Part shown: positions 1 to 15,405 of the stretch, piece by piece | Layout: every line of letters starts with the position of its first letter | Numbering within the stretch: position 1 is the first letter of the stretch | Source: Octopus vulgaris | Lineage: Eukaryota | Assembly (NCBI GenBank): GCA_951406725.2 | Contig: OX597825.1 | Location: forward strand, 55,738,001 to 55,802,000 | Reading direction: 5' to 3' | Length of the DNA: 64,000 nucleotides | Notes under the pieces: generated by a model | The model's input: the letters and a program-made list of their open reading frames with translations, nothing else | What the model was told of the DNA's origin: nothing | Database searches by the model: none | Program-made: the position numbers and the translations under genes

Positions 1-59
<59 letters not shown>

Positions 60-1179
60 CCTACCTACCTACCTACCTATATATATATATTTATATATAT
101 ATATTCATATATATAGGTAGATAGATAGATAGGTAGAAAGGTTGATAGATAAATAGATAGAGAGATGGAGAGAGAGAGAATGGAAAACAACAATAAGATA
201 CGATACGTTTGCAATGAAAGCTATAAGTTTGACGCTCAAAGAAATACAGAGTAAATTATGACGTTTCAGATATTTGTACTTCTTCACAATATCGTGTATG
301 ACATTTGATCTTGTTTAGACTCGAACTTACAATACACTGGGCCAGAAGCCAAAGAACTTACTATCGTGGCTATCTTGAGGCGACGTTTATATTTTGCTAT
401 TAATTTCGACAGGAAGCTTTCGTCTTTATGTCTTAAAATATAAAACTAAAATTAAAGCTCACACATAGCACTGGTAAACTCTGTAAAATAAAACAGTAAC
501 GTCAACAGTAAGAAGAAAAATTGCGTCAACAACAGCTAGCTACAATAACAACGACAACAATAACAACAACACTAGACACTACAGCAAGAATAGCTACAAC
601 AAGAATAAACGATATTAAAGTGTAAATACACGAAAATAAGACATACACAAAATGTCCACTTCATCTTCTGCTAATGCGAACATTTCCTTCATTCCATGAG
701 ACAGATCGATCTAGAAATCTTTTAATATTTTCCATTATAAATTTTATGTAAGAAACGGGACAAAGACTGTTTGCAAAGATATGGCAGTGCTACCAATGAA
801 TTACTAAGTTCATGTCCAAGATTGGTTCTTCAAATGACGCAATTTAGATCAAGTGCTGATTTATTTTGCTTTCAAATTCGGAAATTTAAAAGCATTAAAA
901 TTTACTAAACCGTATCGCAATGAATTTGCGGGTGGTTTATTTTTTTTTAACTATGTATTTATTATATTTTATTACAAGCATGTTTTACTATCTGTTGCTT
1001 ATGTTTTCTGGTTTTGCTTTTGTTTTCTGGTTTTGCTTTTGTTTCTGTAAACCATTTGGGGGTGTTTTGTTGATTTGTTTTACGTTTTGATTATTTCCTT
1101 ATATGTTTTTGCCTTATATTTATTCTTTGTAAACTTACGAGAATATTAAGTCGGTCTCTGTTGTTTGTGGCTGTATATA

Positions 1180-1230
<51 letters not shown>

Positions 1231-1422
1231 TCACGCATATGCTACCGATACGTGAACATATAAAGACAGACACACATACAAGCGCGTACAGTTATATACT
1301 AACATATAAATATTTGTGTGTATGTATCTGTGTGGAAACTAAGTCAAATATATGCTATTCTAGGTAAATATTTTCTCCCATATATCGAAACACACATACA
1401 AATATGCGTGTGTGAGTGTGTG

Positions 1423-1462
<40 letters not shown>

Positions 1463-1882
1463 CATACACTTGCACATTCCACTATGTACACCTTATACAC
1501 ACTCGCATACATTCAGACATGAATACATGTTCGCAATACTGATATACCTTTGTATCATTCATATTTTGTATAAATAATTGTAGTCATACCAACATAGAAC
1601 ATACAAACATACACACGTATTCATAAAGACTTAAATATAATTAAATACATGACGCTACGACTTTCTATAGAGGAATTTTATTGATATTTTGTCAACACTG
1701 TGTGTATAGACAGATGCATACAGTGTTTGCTTTATTCCACATCTTCGTGAACAGAAAAATAGATATCAACCGTGCCAGTTTCAATCCTTCCATTCGGATC
1801 TCATCAGTTATCGAGTATCCTTTTTAACAGTTTAAACATTGTCTGTCTACGTATATAATAATCATAGCAACCGTTATATATA

Positions 1883-2308
1883 TACGAGGGGAAGTCAAAA
1901 ATTATCCGCACTTTCACCATAAAATGTCTTTATTTTTGTAACACTGACTTCTGCTTATGCGTGCTTGTAGTTGGAACTATTCTGGTCACGTGATTGAAGT
2001 TTGAGTCCCATCGCACCATTTTACTTTCTGGCTTTACAGTGTAAGCATGGCTGCTCCACTAGCAATGTGCACCAAAGAAGAACAAAGAATAGTGATCCGA
2101 TTTCTCTAGTCGGAAGTTGTGTCAGGTGCTGAAATTCATTAACACATTGCAGAGACAGTGTACTACAGAGTAGAAGTGTGTATGAGTGAATCAAGAAGTT
2201 TAAAAGTGGCTGGACAAACGTGATGCACGGAGAGGGAGCAGGGTGCCCGTCAACTTCCACCACTGACAAGAAGATCCAGCAACTCGAGAGATGTTAATGC
2301 TTAACCGG
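1883..2308 (+). mobile_element. Mariner transposon 5' remnant (left TIR plus decayed N-terminal HTH of transposase)
   Basis: Starts TA-CGAGGGGAAGTCAAAAATTATCCG. From ATG 2047 it reads MAAPLAMCTKEEQRIVIRFL*SEVVSGAEIH, then after a frameshift RSVYE*IKKFKSGWTNVMHGEGAGCPSTSTTDKKIQQL, matching mariner N-termini (EQRxVIRFL, VYEWxxKFKxG, GRPST). Confidence 0.8.
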
Positions 2309-3151
2309 TTCACTATTACCATCTCTCGGATCCCTGCTCTTAGTTCTTCTTTTTACCCTTTGGCAAGGAAGAGAGGGTAGTCTTCTTTTACCTCGTGGTT
2401 ATGAATGGCATGATGTACAAAATTGAAAACTTCGAGAGTAGAGATTTAAAAAAATTTCTCTTGTCTTTCAGACTGATCTGTTATTAGCTCCTTCAAGTAC
2501 TTCTTATAGGGGGAAAGGAGTAGTGCGGGTGGTACTGTCCACGAATAAATGTTTTAAAGGTAAGTGCGGGAGGAAAAATAAACCAGTTAATTTTCGATTG
2601 TATGTAGGCGGCAAGAAACAGAAGGTCATTGGTTTTGGTCAGTGAGTGAGGAGTCTCGGATCAACGTATGTCAATACGCCTCCAATTTGAAGAACTGTTT
2701 GGTGCGCTATTGTTTTTTATTTTTATTCTATTATAACTTTTTAGTTATTTATTCAGAAATCTGTTTTTCTTTTTATTGCTGATTTCATTTAATCACTCAA
2801 TGTAAATGAATGAAATCTCGTTTGCTTCACTTATTTACTTGAATTGATAGAGTTGGCAGACTATTGGATAGAAAATCTCGGTGAATTCCTTTGAATTATA
2901 TGCGGTTTGTGTCCAGTAGTGTCGAAACCACCAATTTTGACTTTCATCTTCGCAGAGTCTTTTCCCCAAGTAGTTTTCCGTCGGAATTTTAAAAAGTATT
3001 AAATTTGTTATCTAACAATATCTAATTCTGATCCGTGTATTCTGAGTTCCCATTCTACTCCATCACCGAAATCTAGTAACAGTTTGATCAAGAGTTGTGG
3101 CCGTCAGATAGAATCAACAACTTCAAGAAACCAACGAATAGTAGAAAAGAC

Positions 3152-3223
<72 letters not shown>

Positions 3224-3224
<1 letters not shown>

Positions 3225-3636
3225 GTCTTTGCACTCCTTCTAACGCTGGAGATGAGCTGCGGTGTCAGCTGTTCACTACCAGTGAACTAAGGTAACACCT
3301 CTTATTTTTCGAGCACCTTCCGGAGAATTCGAGCGGTTCCAAGCAGTGCTGTTTTCTGCAAGTGCTCCACTCTTATTGCAACCCATATTTGTTCTACGTA
3401 CTTCTAGAGATTTTTGCTCACTGTTCCCAGGGTCCCGATAATTATTGGTACTGCCACTACCTGTTTTATGGACCACAACTGTTTGACTACCCAAGCTAAC
3501 CTCTCATATCTCTCGACTTTTCTTTCTTCCTTATCGCGTACCTTGTTGTCAGCTGGGCATGCTATTTCTGTGATCCTGGATAATTTGTTTTCTTTCTCAA
3601 TTAAAACTATGTCTGGCTTCCTGGTCTCTATCATAT

Positions 3637-3637
<1 letters not shown>
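3224..3637 (-). mobile_element. 5'-truncated R4/Dong-like non-LTR retrotransposon (restriction-like endonuclease C-terminus) inside a (TAA)n tract
   Basis: Reads RKPDIVLIEKENKLSRITEIACPADNKVRDKEERKVERYERL..LW..VPIIIGTLG..*..LQKTALLGTARILRKVLEK*, the PD..D/E..K endonuclease tail of R2/R4-type elements. Flanked on both sides by (TTA)n (about 3152-3223 and 3640-3732). Confidence 0.85.
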
Positions 3638-3707
<70 letters not shown>

Positions 3708-3734
3708 TATTATTATTATTATTTTATTATTATC

Positions 3735-3850
3735 AAGTAGGTGAGCTGGCAGAATCGTTAAGCACTCATTTCGTCCGTCAGTACGTTCTGAGTTCAAATT
3801 CCGCCGAAATCGACTTTACCTTTCATCTTTTCAAGGTGCTTTTAGTAGAA

Positions 3851-3920
<70 letters not shown>

Positions 3921-4205
3921 CTGCTACTACTATTTCATCCTTCGGTGTTGATAAACTAAAGTACTAGTTAAGTCGACGTGATCGAGTAATTTCCTCCTTC
4001 TAGAATTGCCGATCTTATGACAAGGCTGACAGAATGGTTAGAGCATTGGAGAAAGAAAAAAAAAATGCTTCACCGGATTTGTTCCGACTCATCACATTCT
4101 GATCTCACCAAGCTCAACTTTGCCCTCAATAAGAGCAAGAGTCGATCGTATCGACTAAGCTTTTCACTCTAAATTGCAGTCTTTATACCTAAATCAGAAA
4201 CCGGT
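3735..4205 (+). mobile_element. Two adjacent decayed copies of tRNA-derived SINE family A, the first split by an (ATT)n tract
   Basis: GAGCTGGCAGAATCGTTA (A-box-like), GTTCTGAGTTCAAATTCCGCCGA (B-box-like), TCGACTTT.CCTTTCATC body shared with copies at 11965, 35329 and 57601. Confidence 0.65.
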
Positions 4206-4721
4206 ATTGTTAATTTTTTTTACTGCCGCTACCATCACCACCACCACTACTACTACTACTACTAAAACTATTTCTGCCATTTTGGAGTGTGTTTCACTTA
4301 AAGGGTTTTGACAACATAAGTAACAAGAAAGCAGTTTTAGAACTGCAATAATTTCACTAGAAGCTTCTGTGTTTCAGGCCGAGTGTTTAGATGTATGTGT
4401 GTGTCTACGTGAGTGTGTGTGGGGTCTGTGTGTGTGCTTATAAATATGTATGTGTATGTTGTATGTTGTTGTTGTCAAATTTCTTCTCGATTTATTTATT
4501 TATTTTCCAGTTTCCTCTCTTGACTCAATGTTTCACCAAGCGGTAAATTTGTTTCGTAATACATCAACTGTTTGTTTGACAGATAGTATGTATGTTCATA
4601 TGTGTATTTATATATGTATATATATGTGCGTGTGTGTGCATGTGTGTGTGTAAATATGTATATATATATGTATATATGTATGTAAACATATATATTTATA
4701 TATATATTTATATATATATAC

Positions 4722-4830
<109 letters not shown>

Positions 4831-5799
4831 TGAATGTATGTATGTATGTATGTATGTATGTATGTATGTACGTACGTATGTATGTATGTATGTATGTATG
4901 TATGTATGTATGTATGTATGTATGTATGTATGTATGTATGTATGTATGTATAGGCATATATATAACAAACCATACACGTATGCATACGTGAGTATATGTA
5001 TATGTGTACGGGTATGGTAGTAAATGGATAGATGTCAACGTGTGCCTGATTATATGTATGGACGTGTTTGTGTATTATTTTTTTTTTAACTTTCACTTTG
5101 TGCCAGAGCGTTTTACTGTATGATTCTATTTCGTGTGTTTTTATACATCTAGTACCATCTTTAACTAAGTGCGAAGCTGAATACGAAAATTCAGCGTCAG
5201 AAACTAGTTTATAACTCAGTAGCAGTCTGCTTTCTTCTCTATTGATTTAATCAAATAAATTATTTTACTAATTGTCAGCAGTCAATATCAATATGGTACC
5301 GAGACTCTTATTGGATGGCTATCAAGGCAGTGTTCTTGCCTGTTTCTTTCCAAAATTGTTTATTTATTTATTCCAAGCGGTTGCGTAATGACCCGGATGG
5401 ATGGGATAGACATCGTGAACAATTTGCCTTTTAAATATCAGGTCAATTGTATCCTTCTAAGATGGTAGGATGGAATATCTAATCAGTCTGCTGACTACGT
5501 AGACGTGTTTGCGATGGCAGCCATCTTGTAACGTAGCCCCAAGCTAGGTCTATAACTTTTGTTTTGGAACAAAGTACTTCAGAGTACATTTTACAACATA
5601 TCTTCTTTCAGGACGATAGGGTTTGATTTGAGGTCTGTTTGATTGCTCTTTCTACCAGGTGTAATAATGAGGAGCCCTCATTTACTCATAGCGTTCTCAG
5701 TTTCCGCGAAGACTGACAGCATAATAAAGAAATTGAGGAAATGACAACGAAAGAATATAACAAAAATATAATAAACATTGTGGCTAAATTTTAAGGGAT

Positions 5800-6780
5800 A
5801 ATTCCCAAGTCGATATTCAATAAAAAGGAACATTATACGAATTAATGGATCTTGGTTCTATAGTCAACATTAAAGACCCCACTTTTGCCAAAGTTGTATG
5901 TACTTGTACAACTACAATGATAAACAACGATTTCTCCGAAGACAGGGCCAGTGGCACGGGAACGAAATTTGTGTTGGTGGTGCAAACTCTGGTCCAATAT
6001 GTAAACATACACAGGTATAGTACTATTTTCTATTATTATACATGGAAAAATAAAGTTTCAAAACCGTCCAAAAATTTTTCTATACTCGCTCGTTTTGGCA
6101 ATGAAGTTTTCCAAGAGAATGTCCAAAGTGTTTCTATTGCACAAGTTTTATGCACATGCATTACAGCAAAGTGTATCAGACGATGTTGCGTCATCGTGTT
6201 ACGGAAACAGCAAAGTGTTTGAACATTATCTTGCTTGCAACATGATGACATTCTCATCACAAAGTCTTGTCCATGGCGCTTTCAGAAGAATGGTGATTTG
6301 GTGAACAAATTTCAATGCATCAGTGACCATGGCAACCGTAGATCCAATTTCGTGTGTACAAGGTCCAGAGAGTGGTTTCTACAGTGTAAAAAATATGTAC
6401 AGAGAGACATGTCTTTTAATCTCTTTTGTATGCCTGAAATGGTTCTGTTCATGGTAGATGCACCATCAAAGGCAAAAACAGCATAATTTTAAGCTCAGCT
6501 CAATGCTGAGACAACAAAATGCATCTAGAATAACTTTAGTGCTTCGTAAGTATAGTCAGGAGGAGTATAGAAGCTGAGAAAGCTTTCGTGGATATCCTGG
6601 TTTATAGAACCATAACGACAATAATTGATTCTTGTTCTATGTCAGAGCTATCACATATAATATCAATAAACGTGGAATCTTCAACCATTTCCTTATCTCA
6701 TGTAAAGTGTTATGGTCATCTGCATTTCAGATTTCAGTCGTGGGACTGCAGCTATGATGGAGCGTCACTTTAATTTATTT
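5800..6780 (-). pseudogene. Decayed hAT-superfamily transposase
   Basis: Minus strand reads RYGSINQDIHESFLSFY and VFAFDGASTMNRTISGIQKRLKDMSLCTYFLHCRNHSLDLV, i.e. the DGAxxM and HCxxHxLxL hAT motifs. Multiple stops and frameshifts; ends approximate. Confidence 0.65.
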
Positions 6781-6957
6781 TCTATAAATTTTGTTTTCAC
6801 TTTATGCCTGGAAGTTGGTCTGTGATTGAATTGGTAGCAGCTGATCTCTCATGAGTGCATCCTGGAATGGTTAACTGGTCCGATATTACTGATAGGTGTT
6901 CATCCAATGTGTTTTTTTTAATGTTTCAGTTGAGGTTCCTTTTATATTTATGATTAA

Positions 6958-7355
6958 CTAGCAGTATCGCCCGGCGTTGATCGGGTTTGTAAGTGAAATA
7001 ACTATATAAGCATTTTTAGAGAGTTATAGCCCAAAAAATAGCAAAAAAATGCATTTAAAATGGAAAAAAAATTATGGTAATTTTTTTTTTAAATCGTTGA
7101 CTCATCGTAAACATTTTTAGAGAGTTACTTCCCTTATATAATAGCGAAAAAATGCATTAAAATGGAAAAACATGATGGTAAATTTTTTTAAAACCGTAGA
7201 CTCATCGTAGACGCGCGCTAATACCCAGAAGGGCTCGATATGAATCACCACTATAAAATACCCGCTTTTGGTTAAACTGCAAAGCAAAATGTGGGAGTAG
7301 TTAGGAATCTAAATCGGAGTAGACAGACACACAACTTCACTTTTATATATAAAGA
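6958..7355 (-). mobile_element. Non-autonomous Helitron
   Basis: On the minus strand it begins TC (TCTTTATATATAAAAG) and ends CTAG, with a subterminal GC hairpin (CCCGATCAACGCCGGG). Inserted between A and T with no TSD; internal ~100-bp tandem duplication. Confidence 0.8.
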
Positions 7356-8004
7356 TTTAGACTCGCAGTTAAACAGTTGAGGTCCTCTTAATATCAGACC
7401 GGCACAATGAAGTGCTTGTGCTCGTGATTTCGGAGGTATTATATTTGGAAGCTGACAGTATCTAATAGTTCATGCATTAAAATTCTCTCTAATACTGAAG
7501 TTTGGAATAGGATTTTTCGTTCGTATGTGATAGGATATCTTTATATTCAGCATTCAAGATAGTAGAGACCCAATGCTTTCAAATATTCCCAGTAGTTAAG
7601 GCTTTTAACCAAAGGTATTTTATTCGTAAACGTTCTTTGTAACCCTTAAATTTCTTCAATGAGACTGGATGAGTTCGGAGACGAAAGCTGTAGCAGTAAT
7701 CAAACCTACTCAGAACTCAAGTTTTCCATAGCGTCAGCGTAACTATTGATTGTCTTGTCACTGTGTTGCTTAATAGATCATCAATTGTATATAGTATTGA
7801 ATAATGACTTCCAATGCCGTTTTTGTCGTTCCTTTGGTTAGTTGTGGTAAGGGTAGTAGCAATAGAACCTGATGACAATGATGATGATGGGTATTCCGAG
7901 GAAATGAGGAAGCGGATACCTGAGCTGTTAAAGGCTCTTGATCGTGGAATAATTTAATGGTTCATTAATTGTGCTTGTATTGAGGAGTGTTGTTGTTATA
8001 TATA

Positions 8005-8094
<90 letters not shown>

Positions 8095-8095
<1 letters not shown>

Positions 8096-8400
8096 TATAT
8101 CCCCTAATTTCGCTCTTGCGTCTCATGTTTGATCTTTGACTTCTGGCCGAAATCAGATCGCCATGTTGATTCGCTAGCTTTTGCACGCATATTTTTTTCT
8201 CTCCTTCTTTCTATGTTTTTTTTTTCTCTGTGTATCTTTCTGTTGAAGAGCGTAGGCTCGAAACGTTAAAGACTTGTTTCATTTATATTTCCTGAGCGCC
8301 ATACTAATACAATTGTTTGTTTGTATTCCACCTGCCTTCGTCTTTTGTTTATTTCCGTAAACCTGCCTTCGTCTTTTATCTATTTTCATAAAGCTTACCG
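8095..8400 (+). mobile_element. Penelope-like terminal-repeat fragment with hammerhead-like motif, between (TA)n tracts
   Basis: 8235-8272 TCTTT-CTGTTGA-A-GAGC(GTAG)GCTC-GAA-ACGT-T-AAAGA. Near-identical core and similar downstream sequence at 31641-31770. Confidence 0.6.
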
Positions 8401-8436
<36 letters not shown>

Positions 8437-8796
8437 AATTTTAATGTGGAGAATGTTTTAGTTCAGAAATGTATCTCTCTAGGGATTTTGTGGGTGGTGG
8501 ATTCTTTTCATCTATTTTAGTTCTTGATTTTTTGAAGAAACCTAACTTCAAGCAACATTTTACAGTAAACTTTTTAAAAACCATTTTCTAAACCTCAGAA
8601 AGGTAAGTCGTGAGGTGTAATATTGAATTTTGCACCACAACAAAATTTTAGGTGATGAAAGTGTTCCCCTTGCATCCCTTGTTCCTCGGCTCTTAGACAA
8701 AAGCGTAATGTGTCTGAAGATGGACATACGCACGTTCCACAAAATAGCATACTAAAGAAGTAAAACTATGAGACAGAAATAAAAATGGTAAGTATA

Positions 8797-8861
<65 letters not shown>

Positions 8862-8911
8862 CTCTCTCTCTATATATATATATGCACGCTTACACACACA
8901 TATGCACACAT

Positions 8912-8942
<31 letters not shown>

Positions 8943-9371
8943 CATGTATATATATATATACACACACATATATATATATATATATTCATGCACACACACA
9001 CGCATTTACAGACAGACAGACAGATACATGTATTTGATACAGCAGTGCACTCGATGGCATTTGTCTTGTATAGAAATAACTATTTTTCTGTGTTAACAAC
9101 TGAAGAAAAATAGATGAAGAGAGATATTTCGTTTCGGAATATGCTGTCTATGGGTGTATGGATGTCAGATGGAACACAGAAAGAACACAAGAAAGAGATG
9201 GCACAACAAGTGAACTGCATCACTCGCAAACACTTTATTTATTTCTACATTTATCTCTATATCTCTGTTTATTTAGCACCCTTTGATTAATTCAGAGTGC
9301 GTGCGCGTGAGTATAATCTTTTTTAAGTATGTGTTTGTTACTTTACTTGTCATATTTATATTCTGCTATGT

Positions 9372-9415
<44 letters not shown>

Positions 9416-9718
9416 TAAAAATAATAATAATAGTGGTGGTGGTGATGGTGGTGGTGCGTCTTATTTATTTCGATGGAGATAAAGCTGATATATAATTCAG
9501 CATCGTAATAAAGAAAGTGAGGATAAAGAGATTCTCCTCGATGTGTTGATGTAAACACGCATAATCACGCACGCACACACACGCACACGCACACACACAC
9601 ACGCACACACAGACACACACACACAGAGCACGTACGCACACACACGCGCTTGCTCGCATGTATGTGATCTTGCACACAAGAACGTACGTACGTACGTACA
9701 AACATATATATGTGTGTG

Positions 9719-9761
<43 letters not shown>

Positions 9762-9887
9762 ATGAACACAGATACATATACGTATAGGAACGTATACATA
9801 CAAAAATATGCATAAGAATATACATACATATATATATATATATAGATATATATGTGTATATATAGATAGATACATATATATATATAT

Positions 9888-9958
<71 letters not shown>

Positions 9959-10521
9959 TATTCATATGTATGTATAGATCTGTATATATATATCGGATAT
10001 ATATATATATATTTATATATATATATATATATATCAGCAGATGTGTATGTAGAGATGAATACGATAAGATATAAAAGCATCGATATACAAATTATAACAA
10101 TACCTTGTATATACGCGTACATACACACACATAACTACATACGTAAGAACACATACCCAGCCATATGTATATGTACGTCAATAAATACAAATACATTTAC
10201 ATGATGTATACATATGTTTGTATGTATGTGTGGACGCATGTGCGTGCGTGCGTGTGGTGTGGTGCGTGTGGTGTGGAAAATATAAATTAAAACTATATAT
10301 ATTTTTAAGAATGAGATGGAAATATATAATAATTGTATAGAGATACATGTGTGTATACAAATATGTATTTACGTACATATGCCTATATGTACGACAAATG
10401 AGAACAGCAGTTTTTATGCACATCTAATGCACACATGCTTTATATTCATGTATGCACATTACTTGTGCATATATATCTATATGCATATACATACATATAT
10501 ATACATATATATATGTGTGTG

Positions 10522-10583
<62 letters not shown>

Positions 10584-11038
10584 AAGCGGTGTAGATTATG
10601 TACATACACACACATACACGTGTACAGATTTAGTGAGAGAGATAGGGGGAGATGCGATATTGTGGCCATGTTCCAATAAGAATCGGTATATTTACAAAGC
10701 AAATCAAATGAGTCGATTGATTAGGAGACCTGAATCCTTTCCGAGTGAAGGTCATATTTTGTTTAACCAGAAACTGGAAAGCTGTTACCGAGACAAAATG
10801 GTAATAATAATAATAGTAATGATAATAATAATAATAATAATAACAATAATAATAATAACAACAACAACATCAATAATAATAACAATAATAACCACCGTAT
10901 TGCTGACCCGCTGAGATCGAGATCGAAGAAATCAATGAATACTAGTCATGGTCTTTGATGAATTCAGTCATAAAATTTCAAGAGATTGATTGTAAAATGT
11001 ACTGAAAAACATTATAAACACTGCACGCGCGCACGCAC

Positions 11039-11106
<68 letters not shown>

Positions 11107-11137
11107 GCACGCACGCACACACATACACGCATGCACG

Positions 11138-11190
<53 letters not shown>

Positions 11191-11321
11191 ACTAACACAC
11201 ACATGACGCTTGCAACGGCTGAAGTAAGCTGTCAGCTCTGCAGAGATTTTTTTCTGGTTACTAAATAAATAGCATTCATTTTAATGAATCGATATTTCAG
11301 ACCCATGACCCATTGACATCT

Positions 11322-11513
<192 letters not shown>

Positions 11514-11964
11514 TCATACATACTTATATGTATGTATGTATATGCGTAAAAAGGAACAGAGAACAAAGATTAAGTCAGAGTTGAAACGTTCTTTGAATCC
11601 ACTTTGGTGGGAGTTCGAACGCATGACGACACTTTTGAGTTAATTTAAATCCACCGACCGAGAACTGCATCCGATATATTCATAGGTCGCTACTTATCAG
11701 CGAGACAGTATGGCTACCATGCTAAGTGCTTATCGAGTGATCATCTGCAGCCACTACTCGGAACAAACAATTCTTCTGACGACTATTGTGACTGTGTGAT
11801 TTGTGAATATTTCGATAGTGTGTTATAGAACTGAAAGATGGCTGATTCATATGCATTCCATTCCTAACATTATTACAGGCTTATATCTATAGCCAAGGCA
11901 TTCGACTCAGAAACGACACTGTTTTAGCGAAATACCAATAACCACTATTATAATGCTGGGTTTT

Positions 11965-12180
11965 AAGTTGGTGAACTGGCAAAATCTTTAGCACGCAAGA
12001 CAAAATGCTTAGCGGTACTTTTTTTGGCCTTACGTTCTGAGTTCAATTTTCAACGAGCTCGACTTTGTTTTTCTTCCTTTCAAGGTCGATAAAAAAAGTA
12101 CCAGTTGAGCACTGTGGTCGATGTAATCGACTATTTCCACAAAAAGTTTAGACCTTAAGCCTATATGAGGAAGAATTATA
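11965..12180 (+). mobile_element. tRNA-derived SINE family A
   Basis: GGTGAACTGGCAAAATC..AAATGCTTAGCGGTA..GTTCTGAGTTCAA..GTACCAGTTGAGCACTG.GGTCGATGTAATCGAC. Confidence 0.75.
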
Positions 12181-12595
12181 ACACTGGTCTCTTTCTTATC
12201 AGGTTCATCACCTTCATCACACTTTCAGGGGGACATCTTTTTTTTCAATCTAGGAAGGCTTTTTCGCAATAGTTTGTGTTTTATAAATGACTTAATCTTA
12301 CTAGACTATATAACTATATAAGACAAAATGGTCAACTTTTCGCATTCCGACAGCATCATTGAAACATTTATGAGATTGATCGAGTCATTTAACGACGAAA
12401 TGAAAGTCTAGAACGAATTTAGACGATGTATCCTGGGGCTCAATTACAGCAACATTCGTCCTAAATCAGGACTGCCATGTTATGTTGGCAGACAATCTTT
12501 ACTACAAAGTACTATTGCTGAATATCTCACGTTGTGAGATTTAAAGATAGTAATTTTAAAAATTCATATTGTTTTGATGTATTGGCGTATTTTCT

Positions 12596-13022
12596 GTATC
12601 TTGGTATAAAGTAGTCTTTGTATGAAGTAGCTTTATATTGCTGTCTTGGTATCAAGAAATAGTCTATTCTTCCGCTGTCTTGGTATAATGTAGTTTTCTT
12701 TCATTCTATAGTCTTGGTATAAAGTGGATTTATATTCTGATGTTATGGTTTTATTCTTTCTCTTTCTTGGTATAAATAGTTAATATTCTTCTGATGTCTC
12801 GGTATAAAATAGTTTTGTGTATTAGTCTTTTGCTATAAAGAAGCCTTACCTTCTGTTGTTCTGTTATAGAGTAGTTTTGCATTTTTATGCTCTGGTATAG
12901 AGAAGTTTTCTCTACTGATATCTTGATATAAAGTATTCTTATATTCTTCGCTTATATTGGCATAAAGCAGTTACATTTTCTGGTGTCATAGTATGAAGTA
13001 GTTTTATATTCTTGAAATGTCT
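12596..13022. repeat. Degenerate minisatellite, ~33-37 bp unit
   Basis: About a dozen recurrences of a TCTTGGTATAAAGTAGTTTTATATTC-like unit. Confidence 0.8.
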
Positions 13023-14113
13023 CGATCTATTGTAATTGAGGAGAATTAAGAAACGACGCTGATATGGAAACGCCACAATCTTATATGAAAATGCCAAAGA
13101 TCCAGTTTTCGGTGATACGATAGTTTAAATAACAATGTTTTCTAATACAGGCACCACATTGACAATCATATGAAGTGGTAGTTGAACAGTTGAAGCGATC
13201 GATCTCAGTAGCCGATTGGCACGGGTTTTATCGATCTCTAAATGATAAACAAAAAGGCAAAATGATAAACTCCACACATAAAGGAACGTGACTAAATACC
13301 GCAAGGTATTTAGTCTCACAACTAAACACATTTCTTTTCATCTATTCTACTTCTCTTCCTCTTTGCTACAATTCAAAACTAAATAAATATCTTACTACAC
13401 AAATATAGACCGCCATTTCCACGATAAAGAAAGAAAAGAAAAAAAACTAAAAATCAACAGCGAAGTCTTACAGTCTTTGCCAACCTCCTAGTGAGGTATA
13501 TCTCAACAAGCTATGGGCATTACCTATCCCCGTTATGGGTAATTAAAAGGCAATAGAGATGTTGTATATTGTGCAAAACAGCAATGTTTAAAGACATCAG
13601 GAAGACTGTCTTATTGTTATTGTAAGAGAATCTAATACTATGTATATATTATCTAGTATTGTGTATATAATCTAGTACTGTCTATATAATCTACTAATGT
13701 GTATATAGAGAGCGAATATAATCGACATTTTCTCTCTAAGTCAATAAATTCGAGCGATATTTTTATTTCCCACCCTCTTAAGAAGTAGGCTACTTCAACA
13801 ATAAGAGATTTATACATACATACATACATACATACATACATACATACATACATACATACATACATACATACATACATACATACATACATACATAAAAATA
13901 TGTGTGCGTGTATAAATGAATATATGCATCATATATGTATCTATGAAGCACACACATAAACACACACACGTATATATATCTGTGTGTAAGTATATGTGTA
14001 TAAATAGATACATTTATATATTAATGTACACATACATATACATACATAGATGCACAAATGTATATTACACATACGCAGATATACACAGACATAAGAAAAT
14101 ACGTATATATCGA

Positions 14114-14186
<73 letters not shown>

Positions 14187-14215
14187 TCGATATATGTGTA
14201 TATAGGGATATATAA

Positions 14216-14312
<97 letters not shown>

Positions 14313-15207
14313 TCATTCTATCTATCTATCTATCTATCTCTATACGTGCGTATGTATATGTATATATATATATATATATATATGTATGTTTGTATGTATG
14401 TATGTATGTATGTATGTATGTATGTATGTATGTATGTATGTATGTATGTATGTATGTATGTATGTGTGTGAGTGTATGTACGTATACTTACACGAACACA
14501 TACATATATATGTATATATATATGTATGTTTCTCTCTCTATCTGCCTGTCTATCTCTGTCTCTGTCTCTGTCTCTCTCTCTCACACACATAATGCGTGGC
14601 GGTATGTTACCAATTTAATAGTCTCCCAAATAGCAAATAAATATGATGATACGCATCAGAAATGTAGGTTCACTTTTACCGACATACGAATCGGATAGGG
14701 TAGAGTGGAGTGGAGTGTATCAACAGATTAGTATTTATCAGAGACAATCTTTGAGTGCATTTCTCTACACCATCCTCTCCTTCCTTGCCCCTCCCTTCTT
14801 ACTGTCACTGCAGTATGTTTATCTCACTTTCTCTCTCGTTGCCTCCCTCTCACACGCACACACAGAAATATTGTTTCACATAAACATAGAAAGACATAAT
14901 CATAAAGCGTATATACGTTCACACACGCATGTACATACGCACGCCATTTCGCAGGCTTATCTGCTTTAAAAACAAATTATGTTACTCTGTTTTCAATCTT
15001 ATCACATTGCCCTATCTTATTCTGAGTTCGAACCCGTAACAAGGTGTTCACATGCTCCTTTGATTCTGCATTTATTTATTTATTTATTTATTTATTATTT
15101 CTTAATTTGTTTCTCATTAAAAGCTTAGTGCAAATCATACGCAGCAATACTTGCACACACGCACGTTCACATACACGACAGTTTATTCACCGCACCCTGT
15201 ATGTATG

Positions 15208-15254
<47 letters not shown>

Positions 15255-15297
15255 CTTCACACACACGGGACGAGGAATAAGGGAGAGAGCGAGTCAA

Positions 15298-15330
<33 letters not shown>

Positions 15331-15405
15331 TGAAAGATAGAGAGAGACGGTGGGATTAGAAAGTCGCATGATATCAAGAAGTTATAACAATATTGTTTCT
15401 TTCTC

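Noticed and set aside
8560-8793. Two GTAAGT donors and a TTTTAG acceptor suggesting exons
   Set aside because: The implied intron is only about 50 nt and the best frame reaches a stop before the donor.
12596-13022. CRISPR-like array
   Set aside because: Units are contiguous and degenerate with no unique spacers, there are no cas genes, and the context is eukaryotic.
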